A DNA stretch of 64,000 nucleotides from Nitrososphaerota archaeon (GTDB lineage Archaea > Thermoproteota > Nitrososphaeria_A > Caldarchaeales > Calditenuaceae), in NCBI GenBank assembly GCA_041641295.1, contig JBEPYO010000001.1, positions 1,280,001 to 1,344,000 on the forward strand, written 5' to 3'. The notes beneath the pieces were generated by a model. That model saw only the letters and a program-made list of their open reading frames with translations, had not been told where the DNA came from and made no database searches. Positions 38,121 to 48,322 of the stretch are shown here, piece by piece. Positions within the stretch are counted from its first letter, which is position 1. Every line of letters starts with the position of its first letter. The position numbers and the translations under genes are program-made.

Positions 38121-39791
38121 ATGTCTAGGGATGGGAAAATTTCAAGACGTGCTGCGCTAAGCACAGGAGCTAAGGTCGCTACAGCGGCGGTCGTAACCGG
38201 TGTTGTGGGCGGAATAGCGGGCTACCTCGCAGGGACCTCCGCCCAGCCGGCCAGAGAGGTCACGAGGACTCTGACACAGACCGTGACGCAGCCCGGAGCC
38301 GGAGCCCAAACAGTAACACAGACCGTGACTAGAACACAGACAGCAACTGTAACAGCCACCGCACCAGTAGGCGAGATAAAGCCGGAGCTGTCCATCACTT
38401 TCGCCTCACCGGAGTGGCTGCCAGGAAGGCTCACAGGCCTCATAGCTAAAGACTTCCCCGCTTGGTCTAAGGCCACAATCGGGAAGGCGGTAGAGGTAAA
38501 GATGGACCTGATTCCCTGGGACGCTATTTTCGACAGACTTTCAACAGTACTGGCTGCCAAGTCCAAGGAGCCAACACTTTTGATATCTGACAGCCAGTGG
38601 CTCGGCCAGTTCTATGTTGGTGGACATATACGAAGGCTAAACGATATTATCGCGAGGGACCCCGAACTCCAGCAGCTACTCAACAGGTTCGACCCCTCTC
38701 TAGTCTACTTCTACATGACGTACCCCCAGGGGAACACCAATAACATAGTCGGCTTCGCGCATGAGGGTGATGTACTGCTATTCGTCTACAGGTATGACTT
38801 ATTCTCTCACCCGACAGAGAGGGAGAACTTCAAGGCACAGTACGGATATGACCTTCCGCTAAACTATGAAGACTGGTACCCAGCACAGCTCGACTGGTAC
38901 CAGATACGCGACATAGCCAAGTATTTCACTAGGAAGGCTGGTGATGAACTGGCCGGGAAGCGTTTAGAGGAGGACTTCTATGGAATAGCTCTACACATGT
39001 CAAGAGCCTACGACGCCATCGCCTGCCCGTTCGGCTCAATACTGTACAGTCACGGAGAGTATTGGTGGGACCCCGAGACGGGAGAAGTTGAGGGATGGAT
39101 TAATAGTCCGAGGGCGAGGCAGGCTCTCGAGTTCTACGTCTCGCTGGTTCCCTACTCACCACCGAACGCCCTCGAGATATGGTTCGACGAGGCCAATGCC
39201 GTGATGCAGGCTGGCAGAGTGGCCATGATCTATAACTGGGCTGGATTCCTGCCAAGCCTCTTCGACCCCGCGGCATCTAAAGTATACAACGTGATTAGAG
39301 TAGTGCCGCCACCTGGTCACAAAGGAGAGGATGGAATCTTCAGAAGGTATAGTGGAATTGGAGGACAGCCAATGTGTATAAACGCCTATAGCGACTATGC
39401 CGAGGAGGCTCTTGCCTTCATAAAATTCTGGTTCCAGCCTCAGAATCAGCGGAAATGGGCTGAGGGTGGTGGCGGTGTCTGCATCAGGGACATCATCCAG
39501 ACCGAGTGGTTCAGAAACCTCACACCATACAACCGGGCCTATGCCGACTCCATAGCATTCCAGGTCGACTTCTGGAACGTTCCGTTCTTCTTCGAGATGC
39601 TGACGGTCGTACAAGAAGAGATACATGCAGCACTAGCGGGCAGTATTAGTCCACAGACAGCACTAGACAACATGGCACGTCGGCACAAGGAGATAATTGA
39701 GAGGGAGAACTACCCCGCAGCGTTTGAGAAATATGGGAAGCCTGCGAAGAACGTGGCGCAGCTTATAAGACAAGGACTACCCATCGGCTAA
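38121..39791 (+). CDS. Sugar/polyol ABC transporter substrate-binding protein with Tat signal
   Basis: ISRRAALS twin-arginine signal, Thr-rich linker, DSQWLG, GGQP; TATATAT at 38089-38095 favours ATG at 38121. Confidence 0.87.
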   Translation: MSRDGKISRRAALSTGAKVATAAVVTGVVGGIAGYLAGTSAQPAREVTRTLTQTVTQPGAGAQTVTQTVTRTQTATVTATAPVGEIKPELSITFASPEWLPGRLTGLIAKDFPAWSKATIGKAVEVKMDLIPWDAIFDRLSTVLAAKSKEPTLLISDSQWLGQFYVGGHIRRLNDIIARDPELQQLLNRFDPSLVYFYMTYPQGNTNNIVGFAHEGDVLLFVYRYDLFSHPTERENFKAQYGYDLPLNYEDWYPAQLDWYQIRDIAKYFTRKAGDELAGKRLEEDFYGIALHMSRAYDAIACPFGSILYSHGEYWWDPETGEVEGWINSPRARQALEFYVSLVPYSPPNALEIWFDEANAVMQAGRVAMIYNWAGFLPSLFDPAASKVYNVIRVVPPPGHKGEDGIFRRYSGIGGQPMCINAYSDYAEEALAFIKFWFQPQNQRKWAEGGGGVCIRDIIQTEWFRNLTPYNRAYADSIAFQVDFWNVPFFFEMLTVVQEEIHAALAGSISPQTALDNMARRHKEIIERENYPAAFEKYGKPAKNVAQLIRQGLPIG

Positions 39792-39835
39792 ACCCAAAAT
39801 AAACTCAAATACACCATTAATTACGTGATTTTTGT

Positions 39836-40714
39836 ATGACTTTACAAACCGCTACTGGTAGTCGGCTAGTGAAGATTTTCCCCATACTACTCATACTACC
39901 TGCAGTTGCACTTGTTACGTTCTTGGTAATCTTCCCACTAATCTGGGCTCTCGGCCTTAGCTTCTACTCATATAACGTTATTCGCGGAGAAGCACCTGTT
40001 TTCGTCGGTGTCGAGAATTATTACAGGCTCTTAAATAGTCTGGAGGTGTGGAGGAGATTCGTTTTAACCGGGCAATTCGTCTTCTACGTAGTAAGTATTG
40101 AATTCCTAATTGGATTTGGGCTTGCTCTTCTTTTCTATAACCAGTTCCGTGGTAGGCGGCTTGCAATAACACTTGTAACAACACCCCTACTAGTGGCACC
40201 TGTGGCGGTGGGAATCTTCCATCGATACCTCTTTGACGCAACATTTGGCGTCTATAGCTATTTTGCACAGCTGATAACGGGACAGTCAGTCAAGATACTC
40301 TCTCAGCACCCAATGTTCGCAATTGTATTCATGGACGTCTGGCAGTGGTCGCCATTCATGATGCTCTTCATACTTGCTGGCCTCGAAGCAATTCCGAGAC
40401 ACATGTTGGAGTCATCAGAGATTGACCGATTGTCTATATTCAATAAATTCCGATATGTCATCTGGCCCACGATTAGACCGTTGGTGGCTCTTGCCCTTCT
40501 TTTTAGGACGATGGACGCCTTCAGGACCTTCGACACAATCTTCACTCTGACCGGTGGTGGGCCTGGAACTGCTACTGAGGTGTTGTCAATACAGATTTAC
40601 CGCATAGCCTTCCAGTTTTTCAGGACAGGTGAGGCCACCGCGCTAGCATTTATATTCTTAGTAATCATAGTGCTTTTGACGAACATATATCTCAGGTTGG
40701 CGAGGAGGGAGTAG
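39836..40714 (+). CDS. Carbohydrate ABC permease
   Basis: DVWQWSPF, FDTIFTLTGGGPG. Confidence 0.92.
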   Translation: MTLQTATGSRLVKIFPILLILPAVALVTFLVIFPLIWALGLSFYSYNVIRGEAPVFVGVENYYRLLNSLEVWRRFVLTGQFVFYVVSIEFLIGFGLALLFYNQFRGRRLAITLVTTPLLVAPVAVGIFHRYLFDATFGVYSYFAQLITGQSVKILSQHPMFAIVFMDVWQWSPFMMLFILAGLEAIPRHMLESSEIDRLSIFNKFRYVIWPTIRPLVALALLFRTMDAFRTFDTIFTLTGGGPGTATEVLSIQIYRIAFQFFRTGEATALAFIFLVIIVLLTNIYLRLARRE

Positions 40715-40716
40715 AG

Positions 40717-41622
40717 ATGGCAAATCATAGAAACAACAGGCGTGGCAGGCACAAGGTCGTGAAAACTGTTCTCATCTATCTATTCACCATTATCGCTGTC
40801 ATCTTCTTCATCTTTCCCATTTACTGGCTCGTAGCCACATCGTTGAAGACAAGGGCTCAGGCCTTCAGCACACCGCCACTCTTCGTCTGGGAGCCGACAT
40901 TTAGAAACTTCATCGATATTTTCCTGAAGAGGCAGACAGAGATCGAGGCAATAACCGGGCAGGAGCTAGAGTTGGCCACTGGTGCTGAGACTTTCTTCTA
41001 CAATAGCTTCGTAGTTACTTTCTCAAGCATCATCATAGCTACAGTTATAGGGGTTTTCGCCGCATACAGCTTCTCCAGATACAAACCTGCAGGAACTAAC
41101 ACTCTAATGTTCTTCATCCTCTCCACGAGGATGCTGCCAGCCATCGTAGTTGCCATTCCCATCTACTTCTTTTACAGGAGTCTAGGCCTCTACAACACGT
41201 ATATCGGACTCATTCTGCTCTACACAATGTTCAACCTCCCATTCGCGGTCTGGATGATGAAAAGCTTCTTCGACGAGGTGCCTCGTGACATTGAGCAGGC
41301 TGCTCTAGTTGATGGCTCAAACCCGGTCAAAGTCTTCTACAAGATCGCCCTCCCACAAGTGTTGGTGGGCCTGGGGGCAACGATCGGTTTCTTGATAATC
41401 AATGTCTGGAACGAATTCCTTTTTGCCTTGCTGCTGACAGAGAGGGCGACTCGGACGGTGCCAGTCATGATAGCGGGTACCAGGGGAGAAGTTGGCATCA
41501 ACTGGGGTCTAATCGCAGCTATAGAGACGCTCTACATTCTGCCGGCTCTCGTTCTCATATTCGTTCTTCAGCGCTTCTTACTGAGGGGTATGACGTTCGG
41601 TACGGTGAGGGGTGCGAAATAG
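40717..41622 (+). CDS. Carbohydrate ABC permease
   Basis: FPIYWLVATSLK, IEQAALVDG, WNEFLFA. Confidence 0.92.
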   Translation: MANHRNNRRGRHKVVKTVLIYLFTIIAVIFFIFPIYWLVATSLKTRAQAFSTPPLFVWEPTFRNFIDIFLKRQTEIEAITGQELELATGAETFFYNSFVVTFSSIIIATVIGVFAAYSFSRYKPAGTNTLMFFILSTRMLPAIVVAIPIYFFYRSLGLYNTYIGLILLYTMFNLPFAVWMMKSFFDEVPRDIEQAALVDGSNPVKVFYKIALPQVLVGLGATIGFLIINVWNEFLFALLLTERATRTVPVMIAGTRGEVGINWGLIAAIETLYILPALVLIFVLQRFLLRGMTFGTVRGAK

Positions 41623-42711
41623 TTGACAAGGGTCGAGATACGTGGCTTAAAGAAGTCTTTTGGGGCTGTTGAGGCGCTTAGGGGGGTTAACTTGGAGGTT
41701 GAGTCTGGCGCTCTAGTAGCGCTATTAGGGCCGACAGGTGCTGGAAAGACGACCCTCCTTAAGTGCATCGCCGGTGTTGAAGAGCCTGATGCCGGGGATA
41801 TACTCTTCGATGGACAGAGTGTGTTGAGAACTCCAGCTTGGAGACGAGATGTGGCCATGTTCTTCCAAACTTATGCGCTCTATCCCCACATGAGTGTATA
41901 CGACAATATAGCTTACCCGTTAAGGGAGCGTAAATGGAGCCGACAAGACATTGACAGGTCGGTGAAGGCTGTGGCAGAGAAGCTGAGGATAGCCCATCTC
42001 CTGGACAGGAAAGACCCGTCTACACTTAGCGGTGGCGAGATGCAGCGTGTAGCACTTGCACGTACACTGGTCAGGAATCCGAAAGTCTTTCTCCTCGATG
42101 AGCCCATCTCGAACCTTGACGCCAAGCTTAGGGAGGAGATGAGGACAGAGTTCAAAAGGCTGCACAGGGAGTTGAAACAGACAATCATTTACGCTACCCC
42201 CGACTTCTTGGAGGCTTTTGCAGTTGCCGAGAAAGTAGCGGTGATAAAGGACGGCGTGATATTGCAGTATGATACTCCCATGAATTTGCTGAGAAGGCCG
42301 AAAAACAGGTTTGTAGCCACTTTCATTGGCAGTCCCACCATAAACATTATGCGTGGCGTCATTAGGCGGGTGGCTCATGGCTGGGAGTTCTCAACAACAG
42401 GTCTGAAAATCCAGCTGAGCAACATAGGAGCCTCTTCCAAGCTCTTGGACGGCTCCGAAGTGGAGCTTGCGGTCAGACCCCAAGATATAGTCTTGGAGGC
42501 TTCTAAGAACGGCAATGCCTTCAAGGCAAAGATTCTGGCCGCGGAGAGGCTGGGATATGAAACGATAGTTACCCTGAGTCTCGGCGAGGTCGAGTTGAAG
42601 GCAGTGACTAAGGGGATGAGGTCATATAAATATGGTGATGAAGTGACAATCAATATTCCGGGTGATAGGGTCATCCTATTTGACGTGTCAAGTGGGGAGG
42701 CGATGTATTAG
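41623..42711 (+). CDS. Carbohydrate ABC ATP-binding subunit
   Basis: GPTGAGKTT, LSGGEMQR, LLDEP; H-loop reads YATPD. Confidence 0.92.
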   Translation: MTRVEIRGLKKSFGAVEALRGVNLEVESGALVALLGPTGAGKTTLLKCIAGVEEPDAGDILFDGQSVLRTPAWRRDVAMFFQTYALYPHMSVYDNIAYPLRERKWSRQDIDRSVKAVAEKLRIAHLLDRKDPSTLSGGEMQRVALARTLVRNPKVFLLDEPISNLDAKLREEMRTEFKRLHRELKQTIIYATPDFLEAFAVAEKVAVIKDGVILQYDTPMNLLRRPKNRFVATFIGSPTINIMRGVIRRVAHGWEFSTTGLKIQLSNIGASSKLLDGSEVELAVRPQDIVLEASKNGNAFKAKILAAERLGYETIVTLSLGEVELKAVTKGMRSYKYGDEVTINIPGDRVILFDVSSGEAMY

Positions 42712-42984
42712 ATGAAGAAGAACTTACTAGAAAGGGTTGGGCTTGCCTTGTCCTTCATCGGTCTTGGACTCGTATTCCAGCCCTTTAGTAGCGAGCTACT
42801 ATACTATGGTTTTATCCTGATAGGAATCGGAGGGTTCACATACGTCTACTCGACCTACTTGCCGAATAATCCTAGCGGTGAGGTCGGTCTCAGAACTATG
42901 GTGAGGTGGCTCGTGACACTCGTGGGTGTTGTAGTATTCTTTGTTATGCTATCGATTTATCTTGTCCCTCTCTTGGTGGTGTAG
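42712..42984 (+). CDS. Small membrane protein within the ABC operon
   Basis: 90 aa, three hydrophobic segments, abuts both ATPase genes. Confidence 0.75.
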   Translation: MKKNLLERVGLALSFIGLGLVFQPFSSELLYYGFILIGIGGFTYVYSTYLPNNPSGEVGLRTMVRWLVTLVGVVVFFVMLSIYLVPLLVV

Positions 42985-42989
42985 GTGGT

Positions 42990-44084
42990 TTGGTGAAGGT
43001 ACGCGCTGAGAATGTAACCAAGATTTTCAAGACGTTGAAGGCGTTAGACAACGTCTCAGTAACTGTTGACCATGGGTTATTCTTTTGTCTTCTTGGACCT
43101 AGCGGGTCGGGCAAAACTACTTTGATGAGGATTATAGCCGGTCTGGAGACCCCTACGAGCGGCTCAATATTCTTCGACGATGAGGATGTCACCGGCTTAT
43201 CACCGTCTGAGAGGAATATAGCTATGGTTTTCCAGTTCCCCTCAATATATCCGAGCCTAAACGTGTACGACAACATCGCTTTAGCCATCAGACGAGAGGT
43301 CAAAAGCAAGCAGGAGGAGCGTGAAAGGGTTAAGTGGGCTGCCTCTCTTCTCCGCATAGAAGAGCATCTGAATAAGAGGCATCATGAGATTGACTTTGGG
43401 ATACTGCAGCGCGTATCCATAGCTAAAGCGATAGTGAGGAATGCGCAGGTATACATATTCGACGAGCCACTCAGCAACCTCGACACGAAACTGAGAGAAT
43501 CTTTGAGGTCCGAGTTCCAGCGCATACACAGGGAGGTCGGAGGCACCTTCATCTACGTCACCCATGACCAGTTGGAAGCCATGGCGATAGCTGATAAGAT
43601 AGGTATACTTCGAGATGGACGGCTCCAGCAGGTGGGAACTCCTGACGAGATCTACTACCATCCCGTTAACAAGTTTGTCGCCTATTTCATAGGTTCACCC
43701 ACTATCAACTTCATCGATACGAGACTGAGGCTGGTTGAGGGTAGGCTCTATGCTATGGTTGGGGACTCGCATATAGAGTTAGGAGAGGCGGCTAAACTCG
43801 CGCTACAGTCGCGACAGGACAAGCTAGAAAATATGCAGCTGGGTGTGAGGCCTCACGACATCAGCATATCTACCACTCCAGTAAGCGGCTCAATTCCATG
43901 CCTCGTAAATTACATAGAGTCGCTTGGTACAGAGCTCCTTGTAGAGTTAAAGAGTGGGTCTGCAACATTCAAGTGTCTCTGCGACGCGGCCCTAAACATT
44001 AAAGAGGGTATGCAGGTTTATGCTGTTTTCAACAAGGAGCACATCCACGTGATAGACCCTGAGACGGAGAAGGTAATTATTTAA
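42990..44084 (+). CDS. Carbohydrate ABC ATP-binding subunit with degenerate signature motif
   Basis: GPSGSGKTT, IFDEP, YVTHDQ; signature reads IDFGI; probable TTG start near 42990. Confidence 0.9.
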   Translation: MVKVRAENVTKIFKTLKALDNVSVTVDHGLFFCLLGPSGSGKTTLMRIIAGLETPTSGSIFFDDEDVTGLSPSERNIAMVFQFPSIYPSLNVYDNIALAIRREVKSKQEERERVKWAASLLRIEEHLNKRHHEIDFGILQRVSIAKAIVRNAQVYIFDEPLSNLDTKLRESLRSEFQRIHREVGGTFIYVTHDQLEAMAIADKIGILRDGRLQQVGTPDEIYYHPVNKFVAYFIGSPTINFIDTRLRLVEGRLYAMVGDSHIELGEAAKLALQSRQDKLENMQLGVRPHDISISTTPVSGSIPCLVNYIESLGTELLVELKSGSATFKCLCDAALNIKEGMQVYAVFNKEHIHVIDPETEKVII

Positions 44085-44089
44085 GATAT

Positions 44090-44674
44090 TTGGGTAGAGT
44101 TTGTGGCCGAGGTATATTGTCGGGGCTTGTCCCGCCTTGGTGGCGTGTTTTTTGCGAGCCGGGGTCGGAATGGATTGTTGACGATTTTGCAACCGTGCTT
44201 TCCGAACTTGAGAAGAGGCCGCCGAATAGACAGCTCCTCAGTCCTGTGGTGAGTAGCTTCATAGCGGGATTACTCCAAGCCTCAGGCGGGCTGGGATACT
44301 TACAGGTCTCTGAAAACCCAATGATCTTCACCCCATTCGTCGCGCTGAGCTGTGACGAGGATACGGCCTCTTTTGTTATTAGGCAGGTGGGTGATGCGTG
44401 GCTGTCAAAGAGGGGCTCGAGGACGGTGGTTTACATCTTGGGGCTGAGGGCCGTGATACTGTTAAAGGTCATAGGCCCCTACCTCCGCGGCTTTAAGCAC
44501 ATAGTTTATGACGCTCTGGTTAGCTATGGTTACAAGTTGGGCGAAGATGGTCCCTCAAGGGTTGCTCGGAGGCATGGCTTGTCTTTCCGCTCCTCGATAG
44601 TTACCTTAGAAGGTAGGCGGTTAAGGCAAATAATTTTTGAGGGGCTTAGAAGACAGAGAGTCTCCTCTACTTGA
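44090..44674 (+). CDS. Hypothetical protein with degenerate LAGLIDADG-like motif
   Basis: FIAGLLQASG helix and LLKVIGPYLRGFK segment. Confidence 0.45.
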   Translation: MGRVCGRGILSGLVPPWWRVFCEPGSEWIVDDFATVLSELEKRPPNRQLLSPVVSSFIAGLLQASGGLGYLQVSENPMIFTPFVALSCDEDTASFVIRQVGDAWLSKRGSRTVVYILGLRAVILLKVIGPYLRGFKHIVYDALVSYGYKLGEDGPSRVARRHGLSFRSSIVTLEGRRLRQIIFEGLRRQRVSST

Positions 44675-45077
44675 CAGCATATATCTTGAGTTTAAGGCCG
44701 TCGGGACCAGCTACTCCCTCAGCAAACCCCAAAGTCCAGTTCAGATGTCTGAGCTCGGGTATCGCTGTCTGGAAAAGAACAAACGCCCTTACATTGTATC
44801 CCTGGCCAGCGGGGACGGCGTATCCGCGCCTGAGTGCCGAGATTACACCCTTATCTGTCTTTATAGTCTCGTGCACATGGACATAGACACCGTCTCCACG
44901 ATCCGTCTTAACCGTTGACCCATAGTCTACCCCCTCATATGAGCCATTTATTTTCCCCGAGACCTTTCCCTGCAGGTAGAAGTCGGTCCTACCACCTGTA
45001 GCTCCGCCACCGACCTCAACAGTCCTAACTATCTTAGCTTCCAGCTCATAGAGAAGCTCTAAATCCATCGATATCAC
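44667..45077 (-). CDS. DUF3237-like beta-barrel protein
   Basis: G.V.GKING...GVDY, IKTDKG, FQTA....LN pattern. Confidence 0.6.
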   Translation of the reverse strand: MISMDLELLYELEAKIVRTVEVGGGATGGRTDFYLQGKVSGKINGSYEGVDYGSTVKTDRGDGVYVHVHETIKTDKGVISALRRGYAVPAGQGYNVRAFVLFQTAIPELRHLNWTLGFAEGVAGPDGLKLKIYAVK

Positions 45078-45904
45078 CTCTCCACAAACCAGGCTGATTC
45101 TGCGACGTATCTTAGACTCTCTCCTGGATTGAGGAAAACGAGGTTAGTGGATGGCGACATGACAGAGACGGCCTGTCTAAGTTTCTCTTTATCAAGCCTC
45201 TGCCTCGGGAATGTATCGTAGTGGCATGGAATGGCTATCTTTGGTTTCAATATCTTGCACGCATATGCAAACTCTCTTATGCCCATGTTATACTGGCCTC
45301 CGGCGGTCATTATGCATATTTCAGGGCTGTATAACTCCTGAATCATGTGCATCTCCATCGAGACTCCCGTGTCTCCTGATGCATAGATCACAGGGCCGTC
45401 GGGGAATGATATCACATACCCAGCCGCGGCGTCCGGATACCTAGTCTTGTTTTTTACATAGTCGTAATGCATAATGCTGCTTGAGTGGAATGCAGGAACC
45501 ATGGTGTATGTGACTCCCCTAATATTGCAGCTTCCACCCACATTGAGTGGGTACATCCAATAGTTCCTCCCCGATTTTGGGTCTGGGTCTGAGTCGTATG
45601 GTATTCCATGTATGTCGGCATACATTCCAACCTCTGGGGTGCATATCAGGCATGCGCCGGTCTTCTTCACGATCTCGATAGCGTGTCCAATATGGTCTAT
45701 GTGGCCGTGTGTGACAAGGACCACAGTCGCCTCCTTTACATCGTCAAGGCCGATAGGGCTTACAGGACTGGTCCATCCACCTGCGATTCCGGGAGACTTG
45801 AGCCACGGGTCGAGATAGATCTTCTCATCTTTCCACTCGATATAGAATGATGCGTGCCCGATATATTGTATCTTAACTTCTGGCATAGCGTTGTGAAAAA
45901 GCAT
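45074..45904 (-). CDS. Metallo-beta-lactamase-fold hydrolase (UPF0173-like)
   Basis: GHASF, THGHIDH, AFHSS, SGDTG, IPCHY. Confidence 0.88.
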   Translation of the reverse strand: MLFHNAMPEVKIQYIGHASFYIEWKDEKIYLDPWLKSPGIAGGWTSPVSPIGLDDVKEATVVLVTHGHIDHIGHAIEIVKKTGACLICTPEVGMYADIHGIPYDSDPDPKSGRNYWMYPLNVGGSCNIRGVTYTMVPAFHSSSIMHYDYVKNKTRYPDAAAGYVISFPDGPVIYASGDTGVSMEMHMIQELYSPEICIMTAGGQYNMGIREFAYACKILKPKIAIPCHYDTFPRQRLDKEKLRQAVSVMSPSTNLVFLNPGESLRYVAESAWFVER

Positions 45905-45947
45905 CTGGATGATATATAAGCGTTATACTCTATACTCGTTGCACTGA

Positions 45948-46961
45948 TTAGTGCTTCTCCCTCAGAGCCTTCAACACTTTTTCAGGGGTTATGGGTAGCT
46001 CGGTAATCTGTACACCAATGGCATCGTAGATCGCATTAACGATCGCTGGTGCTATGCCGTTTGCCACCATCTCGCCCACGCCCTTAGCACCATATGGGCC
46101 TGTCTGGGTGGGCGATTCTACAATTTTGTAGATAATCTTTGGTACGTCGCCTGCTGTGGGTAAGACGTATTCGCGGAAGCTCGTGGTTTGATGTGTTAGT
46201 TGCGGGTATCGGGGATAAACTGTCTCTCTAAGGGCAGCGCCCAGACCCATAACCGCGCCACCTATTATCTGGCCCTCAACTAGTTTTGGATTAATGGCTC
46301 TGCCAACTTCGTAGACTGTAACTAGCTGAAGGACGGTCACCTCTCCGGTCTCGGTGTCAACCTCTACATCTGCCACTACACAGCCATGAGCCATCGTAGA
46401 ATGAGGGTCGGACTCTCCAGTGTCGGGATCTACAAGGCTTTTGGGCTTGACATAATGACCCTTACCTACGACCGGAGTATTGTAGACGAACTGCGCTTGG
46501 CTAGCGACCTCCCTCACGGTTAGGGACTTATCTGGCACACCCCTAACCCATATCTTACCATTCCTAATTTCTAGGTCTTGCGGTGAGACCTCCAGTATTT
46601 TCGACGCTACATCCAGCAGTATCTGCCTTACCTCCTGTCCAGCTTTTATAATTGCATTTCCCATCCTGTGTGTTGTTCTACTGGCAAATGTACCTGTATC
46701 GTGAGGGGCTAATTGTGTATCTCCAAATCTGACTTCAACGTCTTCAACAGAGGCTCCGATGGCTTCGGCCGCGATCTGGGCCAGTACTGTTCTCAAACCT
46801 TGGCCCAGCTCGACGCTCGCTACATTTACCACGAATGTGCCGTCCGGCTGGGCTACTATAACTGTCTGGCTAGGGTCTCCACCAAGGTTCATGCCCGTTG
46901 GATAGCATATGGCCGCGATGCCCCGACCCCTAAGCTTCGCCACTTCCCCCTTCACCCCCAT
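45948..46961 (-). CDS. Xanthine dehydrogenase-family molybdopterin subunit, C-terminal (medium) part
   Basis: ELGQG, GTFASR, VEGQIIGG, GAKGVGE. Confidence 0.88.
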   Translation of the reverse strand: MGVKGEVAKLRGRGIAAICYPTGMNLGGDPSQTVIVAQPDGTFVVNVASVELGQGLRTVLAQIAAEAIGASVEDVEVRFGDTQLAPHDTGTFASRTTHRMGNAIIKAGQEVRQILLDVASKILEVSPQDLEIRNGKIWVRGVPDKSLTVREVASQAQFVYNTPVVGKGHYVKPKSLVDPDTGESDPHSTMAHGCVVADVEVDTETGEVTVLQLVTVYEVGRAINPKLVEGQIIGGAVMGLGAALRETVYPRYPQLTHQTTSFREYVLPTAGDVPKIIYKIVESPTQTGPYGAKGVGEMVANGIAPAIVNAIYDAIGVQITELPITPEKVLKALREKH

Positions 46962-48322
46962 GAACTCATCTGAAGCAGGTGACTAGGTAGACTAACACCT
47001 GCGAGTGCAGCCGCTTCCTTCATGACTTCGATAAGGTAAGCATCGTCTATCAGCCTACCCGTGGCCGAGACCTGTCCATTCTTGTAAGCGTTCTTAAACC
47101 TGAACTCCCACGAATCAATACCCAGCTTCCTGGCATCCCTCTCTATCTGCAACTCCACGGCGTAAGAGACTTCAAAGACTCCGTATCCCCGCATGGCACT
47201 CGAGGGCTGCCTATTAGTGTATACACAGTATCCCTCATAGTATACGTTGGGGATTTGGTACGGTCCCGAGAGGTTAACTGTTGCCTTTATGACACCGTAT
47301 GGAGACGTTCTGGTGTACGCTCCCGAGTCGTGGAGGAGTCTCGCCTTTCTCCCTAGGATCAGACCATCACTTGATAGAGCGTCCTGAATCTCAATCTTAA
47401 CGGCTGGGCGCGTAGTAGACACGGTGAACTCCTCCTCCCTAGTCCACCTCCATTTGACAGGTCTCCCAACACACATCGCGGCAACAGCGACCTGCATCTC
47501 AAATTCTGGGTCCACCTTGCCTCCGAACCCTCCACCCACCGCTGGGGCAACAACCCGTATATTCGACGCGGGAATCTTGAGGATTGTAGCTACATTATCC
47601 CTCACAAAATACGGCGCCTGGGTCGTAGTGTATATTGTGAGCCTCTGCCCCGGCTCAGGCTTCGCCACACATACATGTGGCTCAATCGGCGCATGCTCGA
47701 TTGGCGGAATCAGGTAGCTGCCCTCGACCACGTAGTCCGCCCTCTTAAAAGCCGCCTCCACATCACCCCTCTTCACCAAGAAGAAGGGCCTGCCAGGCCT
47801 GCCGGGCCTAGTTGCTCCGTCCATTCCTGAGCCATAGATGAAGGCGTTTATACCCCACTTCGTGATGACGGGCGCACCGGGCTTCAGTGCCTCCTCCATG
47901 TCGAGAACAGGGGGCAGCTCCTCGATCTCAACTTCCACCAACTGAGCCCCCTTAGCAGCAGTTTCTTCATCTTTAGCGACTACGAGGCATATTGCCTCTC
48001 CCTTATAGTTAACCTCACTCTCTGGAAGAACAGGCTCATCAGGCGGACCTATACCTATTCCAGCCATGTTGACGTGAATGTTATTAGGCACATCTTTAGC
48101 GGTAATTATCCGCACGACACCCGGCAGCTTTTCAGCCTTCGAAGTGTCAATCTTCTTGATCCTACCACGTGCCACGGGGCTGCGAACAGCCTTTACCCAA
48201 AGCATCCCTGGGAAAGATATCTCATCGACGTATTGTGTGGCGCCGGTGACGTGGCTCAACAGCTGGACATTCTTAACAGGTGAGCCTACAACCGAGAACT
48301 GACTCGACATTGCCTCTCTCAC
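46952..48322 (-). CDS. Xanthine dehydrogenase-family molybdopterin subunit, N-terminal (large) part
   Basis: VTGATQY, EHAPIEPH, GGGFGGK, AMRGYG. Confidence 0.88.
   Translation of the reverse strand: MREAMSSQFSVVGSPVKNVQLLSHVTGATQYVDEISFPGMLWVKAVRSPVARGRIKKIDTSKAEKLPGVVRIITAKDVPNNIHVNMAGIGIGPPDEPVLPESEVNYKGEAICLVVAKDEETAAKGAQLVEVEIEELPPVLDMEEALKPGAPVITKWGINAFIYGSGMDGATRPGRPGRPFFLVKRGDVEAAFKRADYVVEGSYLIPPIEHAPIEPHVCVAKPEPGQRLTIYTTTQAPYFVRDNVATILKIPASNIRVVAPAVGGGFGGKVDPEFEMQVAVAAMCVGRPVKWRWTREEEFTVSTTRPAVKIEIQDALSSDGLILGRKARLLHDSGAYTRTSPYGVIKATVNLSGPYQIPNVYYEGYCVYTNRQPSSAMRGYGVFEVSYAVELQIERDARKLGIDSWEFRFKNAYKNGQVSATGRLIDDAYLIEVMKEAAALAGVSLPSHLLQMSSWG

Noticed and set aside
38260-38365. Low-complexity ACACAGACCGTGAC repeats
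   Set aside because: Explained by the Thr/Val-rich linker of the Tat-exported binding protein.
45948-48322. Frameshifted pseudogene interpretation of the split molybdopterin subunit
   Set aside because: The second ORF has its own GGGGGTGA/GGGGGA SD-like context and start, and the split matches the known large/medium two-subunit architecture.
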